Assembly (NCBI GenBank): GCA_010909165.1
Contig: MU008199.1
Span: 452,248 to 516,247, forward strand
Source of the DNA: Anthoceros angustus
Lineage: Eukaryota; Plantae; Anthocerotophyta
Direction of reading: 5' to 3'
DNA: 64,000 nt
Both the position numbers and the translations under genes were made by a program. The number at the start of each line of letters is the position of its first letter. The stretch's first letter is position 1. Below the pieces are notes generated by a model. It did no database searches. It was not told the DNA's origin and was given only the letters and a program-made list of their open reading frames with translations. Below, in pieces: positions 62,412 through 64,000 of this stretch.

Positions 62412-64000
62412 TTACTCTTCGCCTGAATCGAGACCCTCGTCCCCGTCCACACAGGCCTCATCTCCATCTTCATCACTGTCCATTGCCTCCTCCGAAGTGT
62501 ATGGTTGAATGTGAGGACGGAGCGCACTCAACTTTTCCTTTATAGCTTTCTTATCTGCTGCGTACAGATGTTTCCTGGAAGTGAGCTGAAACCCGTAGTA
62601 TATAATAACGGTTTTTCGCACAAAAACCTTTTGGATGTTGGGGGCCCTTTGCACTTTCCCTGACCTTTTTTTGGCAGGTGGTCCAATGTCAGTTTCAGTC
62701 CTTTGAAAAAATTCTCCAACATACTTGCCCTCATAAGCATCCGTGTGCTCACCACCAGCAATACGGTTCGGGCCCCAAGGTGCACACTTACAACCTTCGC
62801 TACCAACGCCTATTGTGTGTCACCCTCGCGCGGTGTCACAATAAACATTCCTTTCTGTATCTCCATTATATCGCCATCCATCCTTCTTGCCACCTCTTCT
62901 TGGCGTTCAATAGTTTGGTAGGCCCCTAGATACATGTCCTGTGTGGTATGTCACGCAAAGAGCCTCCAAAGACAAATTTCTTCCCAGATGTGCAAAGGGG
63001 ACTGGCTCAGCAGCCTATCGCATTCATCTCCGTGGGTTTTGCGAACAAGCCCAATGTTATGATCCACAATATTTGCGATTTCGTGTTGATCATTCCAATC
63101 CATCCACCATTCTTCCTCCACTATCAAATATGTTGGCGCTTCACCCTTTTTCAAGTGATCCACGCCTTCACGTGCGGTCAAACCACCATCACTAGCTTTC
63201 TTGTCCTTCGCCAATGCCATCAAAGGAGCGGGCCCGATGATGTCTGGAACAAAAGTCAAGAACTCGAGCCCATCTTCAGATTCCCACAAGGGGGAAGTGG
63301 AGTATTGCTTATAGCGAATAACGGTAACCTTTCCCCGTCCAACTTTGTCCTCGCGGGTGATTTTGAACTGGTGCTGAAATGAAAGGTTGTTCAACTTCCG
63401 GACCGCAGCTGTATACTTCCGGCCGCCGTTCACTAATTGTAATGGCCATACGTATGTCCGGAAGTCAGCCACCTCTGTCAACACTTTCACCTCTGGATTC
63501 GGGGTGAACGAAGACTTCAATATGTCCTCCATAGTTGGCAATGACCGGGCCTCCTTTGTTTTAATGCTTAGAGAAACAAGAAAACATTTGATCCACTTGG
63601 TCGTGCGTATGCCCCACGAGGAGGAATTCAACCTTCACCTTCTCGAACGTCCCGAGTTCAACGAGCATGTTCAAGTACGCAAATAGAAGCTGGTTCTTGT
63701 TCTCTCGGCATGTATTGTCCATTGCGGTATAAGACTTTGGGAAGTATCCTTCATACGTGTGTATAACGTCACGGATAATAGTTATTGTTAAATTTGCATC
63801 ATTCACGAGATTGGCATAATGCGAATCGCCGCTTTGAGCGATGTAATTATGTATCATGCATCCAACAACATGCCTTTGTGATCCAGAACTATCCTCCTTC
63901 AAGTCCTTTGGCCACCTCAAAATATCTGGCGGAGAAGTTTTTTGGTCCATGCGTCGATAGATAACAACATATATTCTGCGGCTCCTTGTACGACCAGATG
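62412..64000 (-). mobile_element. Frameshifted DDE/D DNA transposase, Sola-like, truncated by the window end
   Basis: MDQ..., MDNTCRENKNQLLFAYLNMLVELGTFEKVKVEFLLVGHTHDQVDQMFSCFSKH, a 1-nt frameshift near 63561 continuing KTKEARSLPTMEDILKSSFTPNPEV..VADF..FQHQFKITR, and an acidic C-terminal tail. Confidence 0.72.

Overview
Gene-dense nuclear DNA from a eukaryote, most likely a compact-genome, seed-free land plant (hornwort, lycophyte or liverwort type). The support is short GT-AG introns (mostly about 80-110 nt), land-plant-type genes, and an intact axonemal CFAP52, which implies flagellated sperm. I resolved about 15 intact protein-coding genes by hand from splice sites and recalled family motifs: two divergent AUX1/LAX-like permeases flanking an LHT-like permease, an ATL RING-H2 ligase, RRP1 and rsmG head-to-head, RAD21 cohesin, an alpha/beta hydrolase, fibrillin FBN4, an uncharacterised SAM-methyltransferase-like gene, an aldo-keto reductase, two paralogous orphan coiled-coil genes, a secreted LRR protein, and CFAP52. 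Three accessory islands interrupt them. (1) 23.3-29.9 kb: a duplicated RAD21 promoter/start, a neprosin pseudogene, an RLE/CRE-like non-LTR fragment and a tandem-repeat mosaic. (2) 41.6-46.6 kb: a MITE-like element, a LINE ORF1 remnant and degraded TE DNA. (3) 54.5-64 kb: SART3 and intronless PEPC gene fragments, a gag-like remnant and a Sola-like transposase. The best novelty candidates are the two-exon orphan pair at 38.6-40.6 kb, which shows a clear excess of synonymous changes; the AUX1/LAX-like pair with an altered TM1 motif; and the chimeric gene-fragment island. No CRISPR array, rRNA or tRNA was seen. All family assignments come from recalled motifs, not database searches. Exon boundaries are manual and may be off by a few bases.
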